Below are positions 28,111 through 37,273 of a DNA stretch of 64,000 nt, piece after piece. The translations under genes and the position numbers were made by a program. Source of the DNA: Flavobacteriales bacterium (GTDB lineage Bacteria; Bacteroidota; Bacteroidia; Flavobacteriales_F; PHOS-HE28); assembly GCA_041749915.1 (NCBI GenBank), contig JBGTAJ010000110.1:3116-67115 (forward strand). The letters run 5' to 3'. The notes beneath the pieces are model-generated. The model was not told the origin of the DNA. It saw only the letters and a list, made by a program, of their open reading frames with translations, and ran no database searches. Each line of letters opens with the position of its first letter. The stretch's first letter is position 1.

Positions 28111-30851
28111 CAGTCCAGCCCCAGTGTGATCTGTTTGCCCGGTTCGTAACCGATGAGCGGATCTTCCGGTGACCGCTCCACTTCCTGCTGGGCCTGGGCG
28201 CGTTTGAACTGCTTGACCGGTGATTCCTCCAAGCCCTCTTCCTCAGGTGCTTCAAGATTGCCGATCTCATCCTCGCTGATCAACATGCCCTGGGTCTCCT
28301 CCAGTTCCGGGGTCATCGGAATGAACACGGGGCCAAGCAGCTCGAGGTCCTTCACCTTGAAGGGGGTGAGGCGGTTGCCAAGGGCCTTCACGCCTTTCAC
28401 GGCGATGAACGACTCCAGGTCCAGCTCCTCCTCCGGCCGATCGCTGCTCCGTTTGTCGAAGCTCACCTTCAACTTTGGATGCGGCACGAGACTGTGCAGG
28501 GCCAGCTTGCTGTCCGGATGCTCGGTGATGAAGCTGACGGCATCCTTTGCCGGTTCCACCACGAAACGCTTCACGTGGTACTGCTGCTTCTCCCCTTCCC
28601 AATACACGGCACTGATGGCCGCCTTGGGGTCCCACTTCACCACGGTCACGGCATTGTCCGGGAAGTGTGTGCTCAGCGCGAAAGGGAACACCTGATAGCT
28701 GCCGTTGGACATGATGGCCAGGATGCGGTCCTCACCGCTGAAGCGGCCCAGGTATCGGCCATGTCCGGTGTCGTTCAGGCGGCGCACGGTTTCGTCGAAC
28801 CAGATGGGGATGGCGCCCAATGTGCTGCCTCCACGCTCCTTCTGCGTGATCTTGCTCACCATGTAGCGCGTGAGCAGGTTGCCCTTGCTCGACCGGCCTT
28901 TCACGGCCAGCTTGGCGAAGTCGATATCGAACTTGGTCTTGCGCAGGCTGGGGCGTGGGCGCAGGATCACCTGGATGACCTCTCCTGCCCCGTCCGGGTT
29001 CGCCGTGAAGTACTCCACCCGCGATCCGGTCGCGCCGCTCGTGAGGTCGTATTCCTTGTCCCTGGTGATTCCCGTGACCGCAAAACGCTTCATGAAGAAC
29101 GCGCCTTTCGGACCATCCTGGTAGACCATGTGGTAGATGGTTCGCTCGTCGTTCTTCTTGAAGACCCCCACATGGATGACGCCTTTGCCGATGAACTTCT
29201 TGTCGGCCACCTTGGTCACCAACATGGATCCGTTGTCGCGGAAGATGATGACGTCATCGATCTCCGAGCACTCGTCCACGAACTCGTTGTTGCGCAGGCT
29301 CCAGCCCATGAAGCCTTCGGCGAGGTCCACATAGAGTTTCCGGTTCGCCACGGCCACCTTGGCGGCCACGATGGTGTCGAAGGCTCGGATCTCCGTCCTG
29401 CGCTCGCGGCCCGGACCATACTTCTTCTTCAGCTCCTTGAAGAAATCGACGGCATAATCCACGATGTGGTCCAGCTTCTGCTGTACCTCGGCGATGGTCT
29501 CGGCCAGTTGCCGGATGTGTTCGTCGGCCTTGAAGCTGTCGAACTTCGAGATCCGCTTGATCCTGATCTCCGTCAAGCGGAGGATGTCCTCCTGGGTCAC
29601 CGGGCGTTTCAGCTCCTTCACATGCGGCTTCAAACCCTTGTCGATGAAGTCGATCACCTGCTCCCAGGTCTCGGCCTCCTCGATCTTGCGGTACACCTTC
29701 TTCTCGATGAAGATCCGCTCCAACGAGGCGAAGTGCCACTGCTCCTCCAGCTCGCCTTTCCTGATCTTCAGCTCGAGCTCCAACAGCCGCAGCGTGTTCT
29801 CCGTGCTGATCCGCAGCAGTTCCTTCACCCCCACGAAGCGGGGCTTGTCATTCTCGATCACCACGGCGTTGGGCGCCATGCTCACCTCACAATCCGTAAA
29901 GGCGTATAGCGCATCTATGGTGTTGTCCGGGGATACACCGGCTGCCAGATGGACCAGGATCTCCGCGTTCTCGGCCGTGTTGTCCTCGATGTGGCGGACC
30001 TTGATCTTGGCTTTGTCGTTGGCCTTGATGATACTTTCGATGAGCGAGGTGGTGTTGGTCCCGAAGGGAACCTCGTGGATCACCAGCGTCTTGTTGTCCT
30101 CCTTCCGGATGCGGGCCCTGCACCGGACACGGCCACCGCGTTCGCCCTCGTTGTAGTTGCTCACATCGGCAAGACCGCCCGTGGGGAAGTCGGGCACCAG
30201 ATCGAACGAACGTTTGCGCAGCACCGCAATGCTCCCGTCGATGAGCTCATTGAAGTTGTGCGGGAGCACCTTGCAGCTCAGGCCCACTGCGATGCCTTCC
30301 CCCCCCTGCGCGAGCAACAGCGGGAACTTCACCGGCAGGAAGACCGGTTCCTTGTTCCGGCCATCGTAGCTCAGTTGCCAGTCCGTGGTCTTCGGGTTGA
30401 ACACCACATCGTGCGCGAACTTGCTGAGGCGTGCCTCGATGTATCGTGGCGCGGCGGCACTATCACCTGTGAGCGTGTTCCCCCAGTTCCCCTGGCAGTC
30501 GATCAGCAGGTCCTTCTGGCCCAATTGCACCAAGGCATCACCGATGCTGGCATCACCGTGCGGGTGGTACTGCATCGTGTGCCCGATGATGTTCGCCACC
30601 TTGTTGTAGCGCCCATCGTCCAGGTCCTTCATGGAATGCAGGATCCGGCGCTGCACGGGCTTCAGGCCATCGTACAGGGCCGGCACCGCACGCTCCAGGA
30701 TCACATAGCTGGCGTAGTCCAGGAACCAGTCACGGTACATGCCGCTCACGGAGAATTTCCCCGTGGTACCGGCCCCGGGAATACCCTTGTCGTTGGCCGG
30801 CGTTGGTTGCTCTTCGCCTTCGTTGAAGGTCTCCTCGTTCTGATCGCTCAT
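28110..30851 (-). CDS. parC: DNA topoisomerase IV subunit A
   Basis: MYRDWFLDYASYVILERAVPALYDGLKPVQRRILHSM and HPHGDASIGDALV are present. The long C-terminal beta-pinwheel is typical of Bacteroidetes ParC. The ATG at 30851 is preferred to the GTG at 30854. Confidence 0.92.
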   Translation of the reverse strand: MSDQNEETFNEGEEQPTPANDKGIPGAGTTGKFSVSGMYRDWFLDYASYVILERAVPALYDGLKPVQRRILHSMKDLDDGRYNKVANIIGHTMQYHPHGDASIGDALVQLGQKDLLIDCQGNWGNTLTGDSAAAPRYIEARLSKFAHDVVFNPKTTDWQLSYDGRNKEPVFLPVKFPLLLAQGGEGIAVGLSCKVLPHNFNELIDGSIAVLRKRSFDLVPDFPTGGLADVSNYNEGERGGRVRCRARIRKEDNKTLVIHEVPFGTNTTSLIESIIKANDKAKIKVRHIEDNTAENAEILVHLAAGVSPDNTIDALYAFTDCEVSMAPNAVVIENDKPRFVGVKELLRISTENTLRLLELELKIRKGELEEQWHFASLERIFIEKKVYRKIEEAETWEQVIDFIDKGLKPHVKELKRPVTQEDILRLTEIRIKRISKFDSFKADEHIRQLAETIAEVQQKLDHIVDYAVDFFKELKKKYGPGRERRTEIRAFDTIVAAKVAVANRKLYVDLAEGFMGWSLRNNEFVDECSEIDDVIIFRDNGSMLVTKVADKKFIGKGVIHVGVFKKNDERTIYHMVYQDGPKGAFFMKRFAVTGITRDKEYDLTSGATGSRVEYFTANPDGAGEVIQVILRPRPSLRKTKFDIDFAKLAVKGRSSKGNLLTRYMVSKITQKERGGSTLGAIPIWFDETVRRLNDTGHGRYLGRFSGEDRILAIMSNGSYQVFPFALSTHFPDNAVTVVKWDPKAAISAVYWEGEKQQYHVKRFVVEPAKDAVSFITEHPDSKLALHSLVPHPKLKVSFDKRSSDRPEEELDLESFIAVKGVKALGNRLTPFKVKDLELLGPVFIPMTPELEETQGMLISEDEIGNLEAPEEEGLEESPVKQFKRAQAQQEVERSPEDPLIGYEPGKQITLGLD

Positions 30852-31282
30852 CACAGGGTCACGCAGATCTCTTCCGCGCGTGCGGCGGACAGGTTGTTCG
30901 ACAGGCGCAGTTCCAGGCAGACCGGCGTGCCGATCACCAGGTTCTGCTTGTAATACTTGAAGGAGTCACCACCCGGTGGGTCGGCGTCCAGCAGGATGGT
31001 CTGATCGTTCTCCAGGTCATGGACCCGGACGGAATAGGTGACATCGGAAAGAAAGAGCTCGCTCCGGACACGGAAGGCGATGACCTGACGGAGCACGTTG
31101 CCGATCTGCGGCACGAATACGGTCTCTGTGTACGTGCCTTCAGACACGAACACGTTCTCGCCCACGTATTCCGGATCGAACGGATTGTTCGTCAGCTGTG
31201 CGGGATCAAGGTCGTCCTTGTAGCAGGCGCTCATCAGGAGCATCGCGCCAAGGCTCAAGAGGTATTGGCTGCGCCCGTTCAT
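30851..31282 (-). CDS. hypothetical lipoprotein
   Basis: MNGRSQYLLSLGAMLLMSAC contains a lipobox. The start overlaps the upstream stop (ATGA), and the stop overlaps the parC ATG. Confidence 0.6.
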   Translation of the reverse strand: MNGRSQYLLSLGAMLLMSACYKDDLDPAQLTNNPFDPEYVGENVFVSEGTYTETVFVPQIGNVLRQVIAFRVRSELFLSDVTYSVRVHDLENDQTILLDADPPGGDSFKYYKQNLVIGTPVCLELRLSNNLSAARAEEICVTL

Positions 31283-32013
31283 CGGATGGGAATGGTCAAG
31301 CCTGCCGTCCATGATCCGCCGCCGCGTATATCGGGGGTCCAGGCCAGGCCATCGAAACGCACTTTCTCCTTGTCCTCGAAGACCGGTGCCTTCGTGGCGC
31401 TGGTCTTGCGGCGCAGGTAGTAGGCCGCTCCAGCCGACACCACGAACAGTCCCGTGGCCAAGTAGGTCTGTGTACGCGCCTTCTGGAAGTCGTCCTTCGC
31501 AGCGGGGATCTCCACGTCCTTCAGTCGGTTGATGCCAGCAGGATCGGCGGAGGTCCTGTACGCGTCCTCCAGGTCGACCAGGTCCTTATGGGCGGCGCTG
31601 TAGTCCAGATAGCTCACCAGCGCCCACACCCCGGCGGCACCGGCCACGATCGGCGGGACCACACGGCCCCAGCGCTGCATGGAGGCATAGCTCTTCATCC
31701 GGGACAGGTGTTCGATGTATTCCTCCGAATAGCGCAGGCTGATCCGTATGTCCCGTATGCCACCGCCCGGAACGATGATGGTGGTATCCAGCATGCGGCG
31801 CTCGGGCGCCCAGAACACGAAACGGTGCGGGCCTTCAAGCAGGCTGACCTCCCGTTGAGCCATGCGGTGCTTCCCGTCGAGAAGATAGCTGGTCGTGCCC
31901 GCGGGCTCCATCAACAGGCGCAGTTGGCCGGTCGTTTGGGCAGCAGCGCTGATGGTCAGGATGGCCATCCACCCCACCACGATCATCCGCTCGATCCGCA
32001 GTGCCTGTCTCAT
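31279..32013 (-). CDS. hypothetical membrane protein (signal peptide, beta-sandwich-like N-domain, two TM segments)
   Basis: Signal MIVVGWMAILTISAAAQ; TM segments VVPPIVAGAAGVWALVSYL and TYLATGLFVVSAGAAYYL. It starts 3 nt after the parE stop. Confidence 0.55.
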   Translation of the reverse strand: MRQALRIERMIVVGWMAILTISAAAQTTGQLRLLMEPAGTTSYLLDGKHRMAQREVSLLEGPHRFVFWAPERRMLDTTIIVPGGGIRDIRISLRYSEEYIEHLSRMKSYASMQRWGRVVPPIVAGAAGVWALVSYLDYSAAHKDLVDLEDAYRTSADPAGINRLKDVEIPAAKDDFQKARTQTYLATGLFVVSAGAAYYLRRKTSATKAPVFEDKEKVRFDGLAWTPDIRGGGSWTAGLTIPIR

Positions 32014-32016
32014 GCC

Positions 32017-33936
32017 TCAAACATCCACTTCGTTCTCCTCCAATTTCTGCGCGATGCTCTTCACCACACTGGCCCTTGCGGCTTCCTCAGCCTCTTCTAC
32101 CAGGTCCTTTTCCACCTTCAGGTTGTCGATGATGAAGTCCTGGCGCTCGGGCGTGTTCTTGCCCATGTAGAAACCCAGCAGATGCTGCACCTGCGCATCC
32201 TTGGTGATCATCACGGGTTCCAGACGGATGTCCGGACCGATGAAGTGCTTGAACTCGTCCGGGCTGATCTCGCCAAGACCCTTGAAGCGCGTGATCTCCG
32301 CGGTCTTGCCCAGTTTCATCAAGGCCCGCTGGCGCTCCTCATCGCTGTAGCAGTAGACCGTCTCCTTCTTGTTCCGCACCCTGAACAGCGGGGTCTGGAG
32401 GATGTACAGGTGATCGTTCTTCACCAGGTCGGGGAAGAACTGCAGGAAGAAGGTCATCAACAACAGGCGGATGTGCATGCCGTCCACGTCGGCATCGGTG
32501 GCGATAACGATGCGGTTGTAGCGCAGGCCGTCCATGCCGTCCTCGATGTTCAGTGCGGCCTGGATCAGGTTGAACTCCTCGTTCTCGTACACCACCTTCT
32601 TCGTCAGACCATAGCAGTTCAATGGCTTTCCCTTGAGACTGAACACTGCCTGGGTATTGACATCGCGGCTCTTGGTGATGCTTCCGCTGGCACTGTCCCC
32701 CTCGGTGATGAAGAGGGTGCTGTCCGCCTTGCGGTCCTCCTTCTTGGTATCGCTCAGGTGGATGCGGCAGTCGCGGAGCTTGCGGTTGTGCAGGCTGGCT
32801 TTCTTGGCACGCTCCCGCGCCAGCTTGCGGATGCCGCTGAGCTCCTTCCGCTCGCGTTCGTTCTGCAGGATGCGTGCCTGGAGCACCTCGGCCACATCGG
32901 CGTGCTTGTGCAGGAAGTTGTCCAGCTCGCGACCGATGAAATCGCCCACGAAGCTGCGCATGCTCTGCCCTCCGGGCTCGATCTCCAGGCTGCCGAGCTT
33001 GGTCTTGGTCTGGCTCTCGAACACGGGTTCGATGACCTTCACGCTGACGGCCGCCACGATGCCCGTACGCACATCACCGGCCTCCCAATCCTTCTTGAAG
33101 TAATCCTTGATGGTCTTGGCCACGGCCTCGCGGAAAGCGCCCTGGTGGGTTCCGCCCTGCGTGGTGTGCTGGCCGTTCACGAAGCTGTAGTACTCCTCCC
33201 CGTAGTGGTTGGCGTGGGTGATGGCCACTTCGATGTCATCGCCGCGCAGGTGGATGATCGGATAAAGCGGCTCGCCGTCCATCTTCACCTGCAACAGGTC
33301 CAGCAGTCCGTTCTTGCTCTGGTACTTCTGCCCGTTGTAGTGGATGGTGAGGCCCGTATTCAGGTAGCAGTAGTTCCACAGCAGGCGCTCGATGTGCTGC
33401 TCGCGGTACAGGTAGCTGCGGAAGATCTGCTCATCGGGCTCGAACACCACCCGGGTACCGTTGGGTTCGGTGGTGGGCTCCAGCTTCTCGTCCTTGCGCA
33501 GCACGCCCGTGTCGAACTCTGCACGCTTCAGCTGGCCTTCGCGGACGCTCTCGATCTTGAAGTAGCTGCTCAACGCGTTCACCGCCTTGGTACCCACCCC
33601 GTTCAGGCCCACGCTCTTCTTGAAGGCCTTGCTGTCGTACTTGGCGCCGGTGTTGATCTTGCTCACCACGTCGACCACCTTTCCCAGTGGCACACCGCGG
33701 CCGTAGTCGCGCACCTCCACTCGGGGGCCATCGATCCGGACCTCGACCTTCTTGCCGTGGCCCATCACGAATTCGTCGATGCAGTTGTCCAGGACCTCCT
33801 TCAGCAGGATGTAGATGCCATCATCGAAGCTGCTGCCGTCGCCCAGCTTGCCGATGTACATCCCGGGTCGCAACCGGATGTGTTCCTTCCAATCAAGTGA
33901 TCGGATATGCTCCTCGCCGTATGCTGTCTCGCTCAT
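32017..33936 (-). CDS. parE: DNA topoisomerase IV subunit B
   Basis: [45 protein letters not shown] (GHKL), [12 protein letters not shown] (Toprim EGDSA) and [12 protein letters not shown] are present. The start is at MSETAY. Confidence 0.92.
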   Translation of the reverse strand: MSETAYGEEHIRSLDWKEHIRLRPGMYIGKLGDGSSFDDGIYILLKEVLDNCIDEFVMGHGKKVEVRIDGPRVEVRDYGRGVPLGKVVDVVSKINTGAKYDSKAFKKSVGLNGVGTKAVNALSSYFKIESVREGQLKRAEFDTGVLRKDEKLEPTTEPNGTRVVFEPDEQIFRSYLYREQHIERLLWNYCYLNTGLTIHYNGQKYQSKNGLLDLLQVKMDGEPLYPIIHLRGDDIEVAITHANHYGEEYYSFVNGQHTTQGGTHQGAFREAVAKTIKDYFKKDWEAGDVRTGIVAAVSVKVIEPVFESQTKTKLGSLEIEPGGQSMRSFVGDFIGRELDNFLHKHADVAEVLQARILQNERERKELSGIRKLARERAKKASLHNRKLRDCRIHLSDTKKEDRKADSTLFITEGDSASGSITKSRDVNTQAVFSLKGKPLNCYGLTKKVVYENEEFNLIQAALNIEDGMDGLRYNRIVIATDADVDGMHIRLLLMTFFLQFFPDLVKNDHLYILQTPLFRVRNKKETVYCYSDEERQRALMKLGKTAEITRFKGLGEISPDEFKHFIGPDIRLEPVMITKDAQVQHLLGFYMGKNTPERQDFIIDNLKVEKDLVEEAEEAARASVVKSIAQKLEENEVDV

Positions 33937-34074
33937 CGAAAAAGGGCGGAACCTCGCTATGGACAAGGGTTCCCAATGGATGCGACGAAGTTAACCCTTC
34001 ACTTCCGGGGCGCAGAAGGGGGCTTTCGCCCGCTTTTCAACGATCAACGGGAGTTTTCAACAGACGCCCGCAGC

Positions 34075-37068
34075 TCAGGGAAGCTGCTCGTAGACCACGT
34101 TCGTGGGCACCGAACCGCCGATGTTGTTGAGGATGGGGTCCCGGTCGTTGTCCTGGCCGGTGTACCGCACCTGCCCGTCGAGGTTCACATCAGCCAGCAG
34201 GTAACCGGTGACGGCGTTCGTTGGAGAAGCACCGCCCACCGCGGCCAGGATCGGGTCGCGGTCGTTGGATGGGCCGGTGTAGCCCAGATTGTTGTTCACG
34301 AACACGTTCCCCGACCAGAGCGTGCGCACACTGCCCGCGGTCTTGCGCGCGTTCGTGCCGTAGGTGCTGGTCCCAGAAGCACTGAGGTCCAAGGGGGTCG
34401 CCGTTCCCGAAAGCGCCAACGCCACGCCGGTCATGCATCCCAGATGGTTGCGGTGCCGCACGGAAACACGGTAGCTCCCCGCGATCTGGCAGAACCCGAG
34501 CGATGATGCGCCGTCCGGGGCCACCACATCACCATCGCGCTGCACCAGACCCACACGCGACTCCAGCACGGCATGCGGCGCTGCACTGGACCGAAGCTCG
34601 ACGAGCACCCAATCCACCACAGCATTGGAACCGCTCACCGCCAGCACAGGGGCCGTGGTGCTCAATGGTCCGGTCACGGTATAACCCATGACCGTGTAGG
34701 GTTCGGTCAGGGGCAGGAGGCCTTTCACCCGCAGAGAGTCCACCATCAGGCCGTTCGTGGTGCGATAGGGTCCATCCAACAGCACCTTCAAGGCCAATAC
34801 CGAACGGGGGACCACTTCACAGGGTGCTTCGAGGGTGGTGAATACCACGGTGGCGGTGTAGGCTGAAGTGGTGACGCCCTGGCTGCCCGCCTGCCCTGCA
34901 CAGACCGTCCGTACTTCCACGTGATAGGTGGTCAGCGGCGAGAGGTTGGTGAACGTGAAATTGTTCGTGGTCAGGCCCACCACGGTGGTCCAGATGCTCT
35001 CACTCGCCAGTTTCCAACGCAGGTCATAGGTCAGCGCAGAGGGTGCAATGCTCCAGGAGGCCACGGCACCGTTCCAGGTGATGTTATCAACGTCGAGGCC
35101 ATCAGGTCGGTCACACGATTGGGTGGCGAAGGCGCTCACGGAAAGGTTGTAACACATGGTGGCGCTGAACGCGCCATTGTAGCCGAACACCTGCACCACA
35201 TAGTTCCCGGCAGGCGCGTTCGGGTAGTTGATGCTCTCCGGTGATGTTCCGCCGTTCTCCGATATCACGAGTTGAGCGCCGGCACCGTTGAGCAAGCGCA
35301 GGTCATAGTCACCGGCCAGGTTGCTCAGGTACAGGTTGATGGTGCTCGTAGTGGTCAGCGTGAAGGAGTAATGGTCGACATCCCCGTTCACGGCGATCAA
35401 TGCGTTGAGGGTGGTGGGCAATGATATCGGCGCAGCAGTGCCCAGTGTATTGTTGGGTTCGGAAACATCCGGGCAGGGAGTTGCCGTGGTGAAGTTGCCC
35501 GATGGTGAATAGGCTGAGCTCTGTGCGCCACAGATGGAAAGGACCTGGAACTCGTAGGCCGTGGACTGCGTGAGGCCGCTGAGGTTGTAAGTGTTCCCGG
35601 TGAGGCCGGTGACGGTGGTCCAAGTGCCGCTGGCCACTGCTTTCCAGCGCAGCGTGTAACCCGTGGCGCCGATGGACGCCCAGGAAAGTGTTGCGGAGGT
35701 GGTGGTGATGCTCGTGGCCGTCAGATTGCCGGGGGCATCGCAGGTGGTCCCACAGGCCGTGAGGCACGTGGAACTGTTCACGCGGTTCACGATCACCGCA
35801 GTGGGCTGCGGTCCGAATCCGTTCTGGAAGCGGATGCCTGCGCTCACCAAGTGGCAGTAGCTCATGATGGTGCCACCGACCGCTGAGGTGGGTACCGGAC
35901 CTGCAGGACAGGTGCCTTCCGTATACCCAGCGGCGGGTCCGCATCCATCGATCGCGGTGCTGTTACCATTCCATGCACAAGCGTGCGTGTGCCGCGACCC
36001 CAGGTTGTGCCCCTGCTCATGCGTCACCACCTCCACGCTCCAACTGTACGTGGGAACGTTGGAGAAGGTACTGTTGATGTCGCTGTAGGCCATCCGCAAG
36101 CGTGTCTGGCCATTGCAAAGGGTGTTCAACCAAGCGATCCCACCGTTACCGGCAAAGCCCAACAGGTGCGCCATATCTCCATTGAAACTGGTCCTCGTGA
36201 TACCGAACTGGTCCAACAGGGCGCTAGTGGTGGTCTGAACGTATGGGCTGGGAACGTCCCAGACAAATACCTCTGAAAGTGTCACATCAATGCCATCGTT
36301 CGCGAAGAGGATGGCGCTCTGGTTGAACAGGCCCGTTACGTAGTTCACGGTGTTGACGACACTGCCCTTGTTCTGGAAGATGTCGTAGTTCACCTCCCAA
36401 TAGTATCGGACACAGCGCAGGGTCCTATCAGCACCGCTCAGCCGCAGGTCATCCTCCGTGTAGGTCTCCGAGGATTCCGGCACATGGCAACTGTTGGTGG
36501 GTCGGATCAACAGGTCGTCCGCATGGTACAGCACATGAAGCCCTTGGGCGTCCGAAGCGGTCCGGCCCAGGATGCGCTCGCCGCCTGCATCGGTCAACAA
36601 GCCCATGACCTCATCGGCGAAGACGCTGATGGCCGCCAACGATCCGCCCTGCCCCCTGATGACACCACGGTAGTGCACCGCCGCCGGGACCGCAGTGGGA
36701 GCGCCGGTGCTCGCCAGCCGCACGATGAGCCGATCGATGGAAAGCTCGGTGCGCTCGAGGTCCAGCAGCACCGCGCCATCCTTACCGGGCAACTCCAAGG
36801 TGATGTATGGCGAACTGCTGGTGATCAGTTGCTGGGCAGCCTCCCGGTCCAAGCGCAAAACATGAGCGCTGGAAACCTCTTTCTCCCAAAGAGCATTCGT
36901 GACGCTGGTCGGCAGCACAGTTCCGAACAACTGCACGGGCTGGAAGCGCACGCCCTTCGACCGTAGCTCCTGGATGTGCTTATCAACCAGACCGCGCCCT
37001 TGGGCCGATACGCCGCAGGCTGATACCAACAGAAGGACGATCGCAACGATTCGTTTCACAAAGATCAT
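34075..37068 (-). CDS. secreted reprolysin-like (metzincin) zinc metalloprotease with 2 FN3, a PPC domain and C-terminal dockerin-like repeats
   Basis: The signal peptide is MIFVKRIVAIVLLLVSACGVSAQG. The zinc site is HEQGHNLGSRH. There are two FN3-like segments (ATLSWASIGATGYTLRWK..., AVASWSIAPSALTYDLRWK...). A PPC-like segment reads EPNNTLGTAAPI...GDVDHYSF. The C-terminus has a duplicated YTG..NDRDPIL..(V/I)GG..PTN motif. Confidence 0.85.
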   Translation of the reverse strand: MIFVKRIVAIVLLLVSACGVSAQGRGLVDKHIQELRSKGVRFQPVQLFGTVLPTSVTNALWEKEVSSAHVLRLDREAAQQLITSSSPYITLELPGKDGAVLLDLERTELSIDRLIVRLASTGAPTAVPAAVHYRGVIRGQGGSLAAISVFADEVMGLLTDAGGERILGRTASDAQGLHVLYHADDLLIRPTNSCHVPESSETYTEDDLRLSGADRTLRCVRYYWEVNYDIFQNKGSVVNTVNYVTGLFNQSAILFANDGIDVTLSEVFVWDVPSPYVQTTTSALLDQFGITRTSFNGDMAHLLGFAGNGGIAWLNTLCNGQTRLRMAYSDINSTFSNVPTYSWSVEVVTHEQGHNLGSRHTHACAWNGNSTAIDGCGPAAGYTEGTCPAGPVPTSAVGGTIMSYCHLVSAGIRFQNGFGPQPTAVIVNRVNSSTCLTACGTTCDAPGNLTATSITTTSATLSWASIGATGYTLRWKAVASGTWTTVTGLTGNTYNLSGLTQSTAYEFQVLSICGAQSSAYSPSGNFTTATPCPDVSEPNNTLGTAAPISLPTTLNALIAVNGDVDHYSFTLTTTSTINLYLSNLAGDYDLRLLNGAGAQLVISENGGTSPESINYPNAPAGNYVVQVFGYNGAFSATMCYNLSVSAFATQSCDRPDGLDVDNITWNGAVASWSIAPSALTYDLRWKLASESIWTTVVGLTTNNFTFTNLSPLTTYHVEVRTVCAGQAGSQGVTTSAYTATVVFTTLEAPCEVVPRSVLALKVLLDGPYRTTNGLMVDSLRVKGLLPLTEPYTVMGYTVTGPLSTTAPVLAVSGSNAVVDWVLVELRSSAAPHAVLESRVGLVQRDGDVVAPDGASSLGFCQIAGSYRVSVRHRNHLGCMTGVALALSGTATPLDLSASGTSTYGTNARKTAGSVRTLWSGNVFVNNNLGYTGPSNDRDPILAAVGGASPTNAVTGYLLADVNLDGQVRYTGQDNDRDPILNNIGGSVPTNVVYEQLP

Positions 37069-37273
37069 AGGCTTGGGGTTGAGCAGGACGTGGTCGCATC
37101 GGCCGGTCCGTGGGAACCAATTTAGGGCTTCATCCACATCGCCGCAGGACGAATGGTCGCGTCCACAGGGAATGCCGACGAAGCATTCAAAAACACCCAC
37201 GAGCACACCAAGTACCCAACAGGACAATGCTTCTCCCCTTCTGATCCATGAGGAGACCGAGGCCCTTCATCCC

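Noticed and set aside
31588-33900. 770-aa plus-strand ORF, the longest unassigned ORF in the track
   Set aside because: It lies exactly antisense to parE, which has unmistakable GHKL and Toprim motifs. The translation is A/L/H/V/G/D/Q-rich with no motif, as expected for a stop-poor antisense frame in GC-rich DNA.
37069-37227. Upstream extensions of several minus-strand ORFs (37069-37227, 39410-39631, 42516-42770, 43399-43461, 23448-23510, 53083-53457)
   Set aside because: In each case an internal Met is immediately followed by a canonical signal peptide/lipobox or by the start of the conserved domain. The upstream extension is Arg/Gly/Cys/Pro-rich with no similarity to anything.
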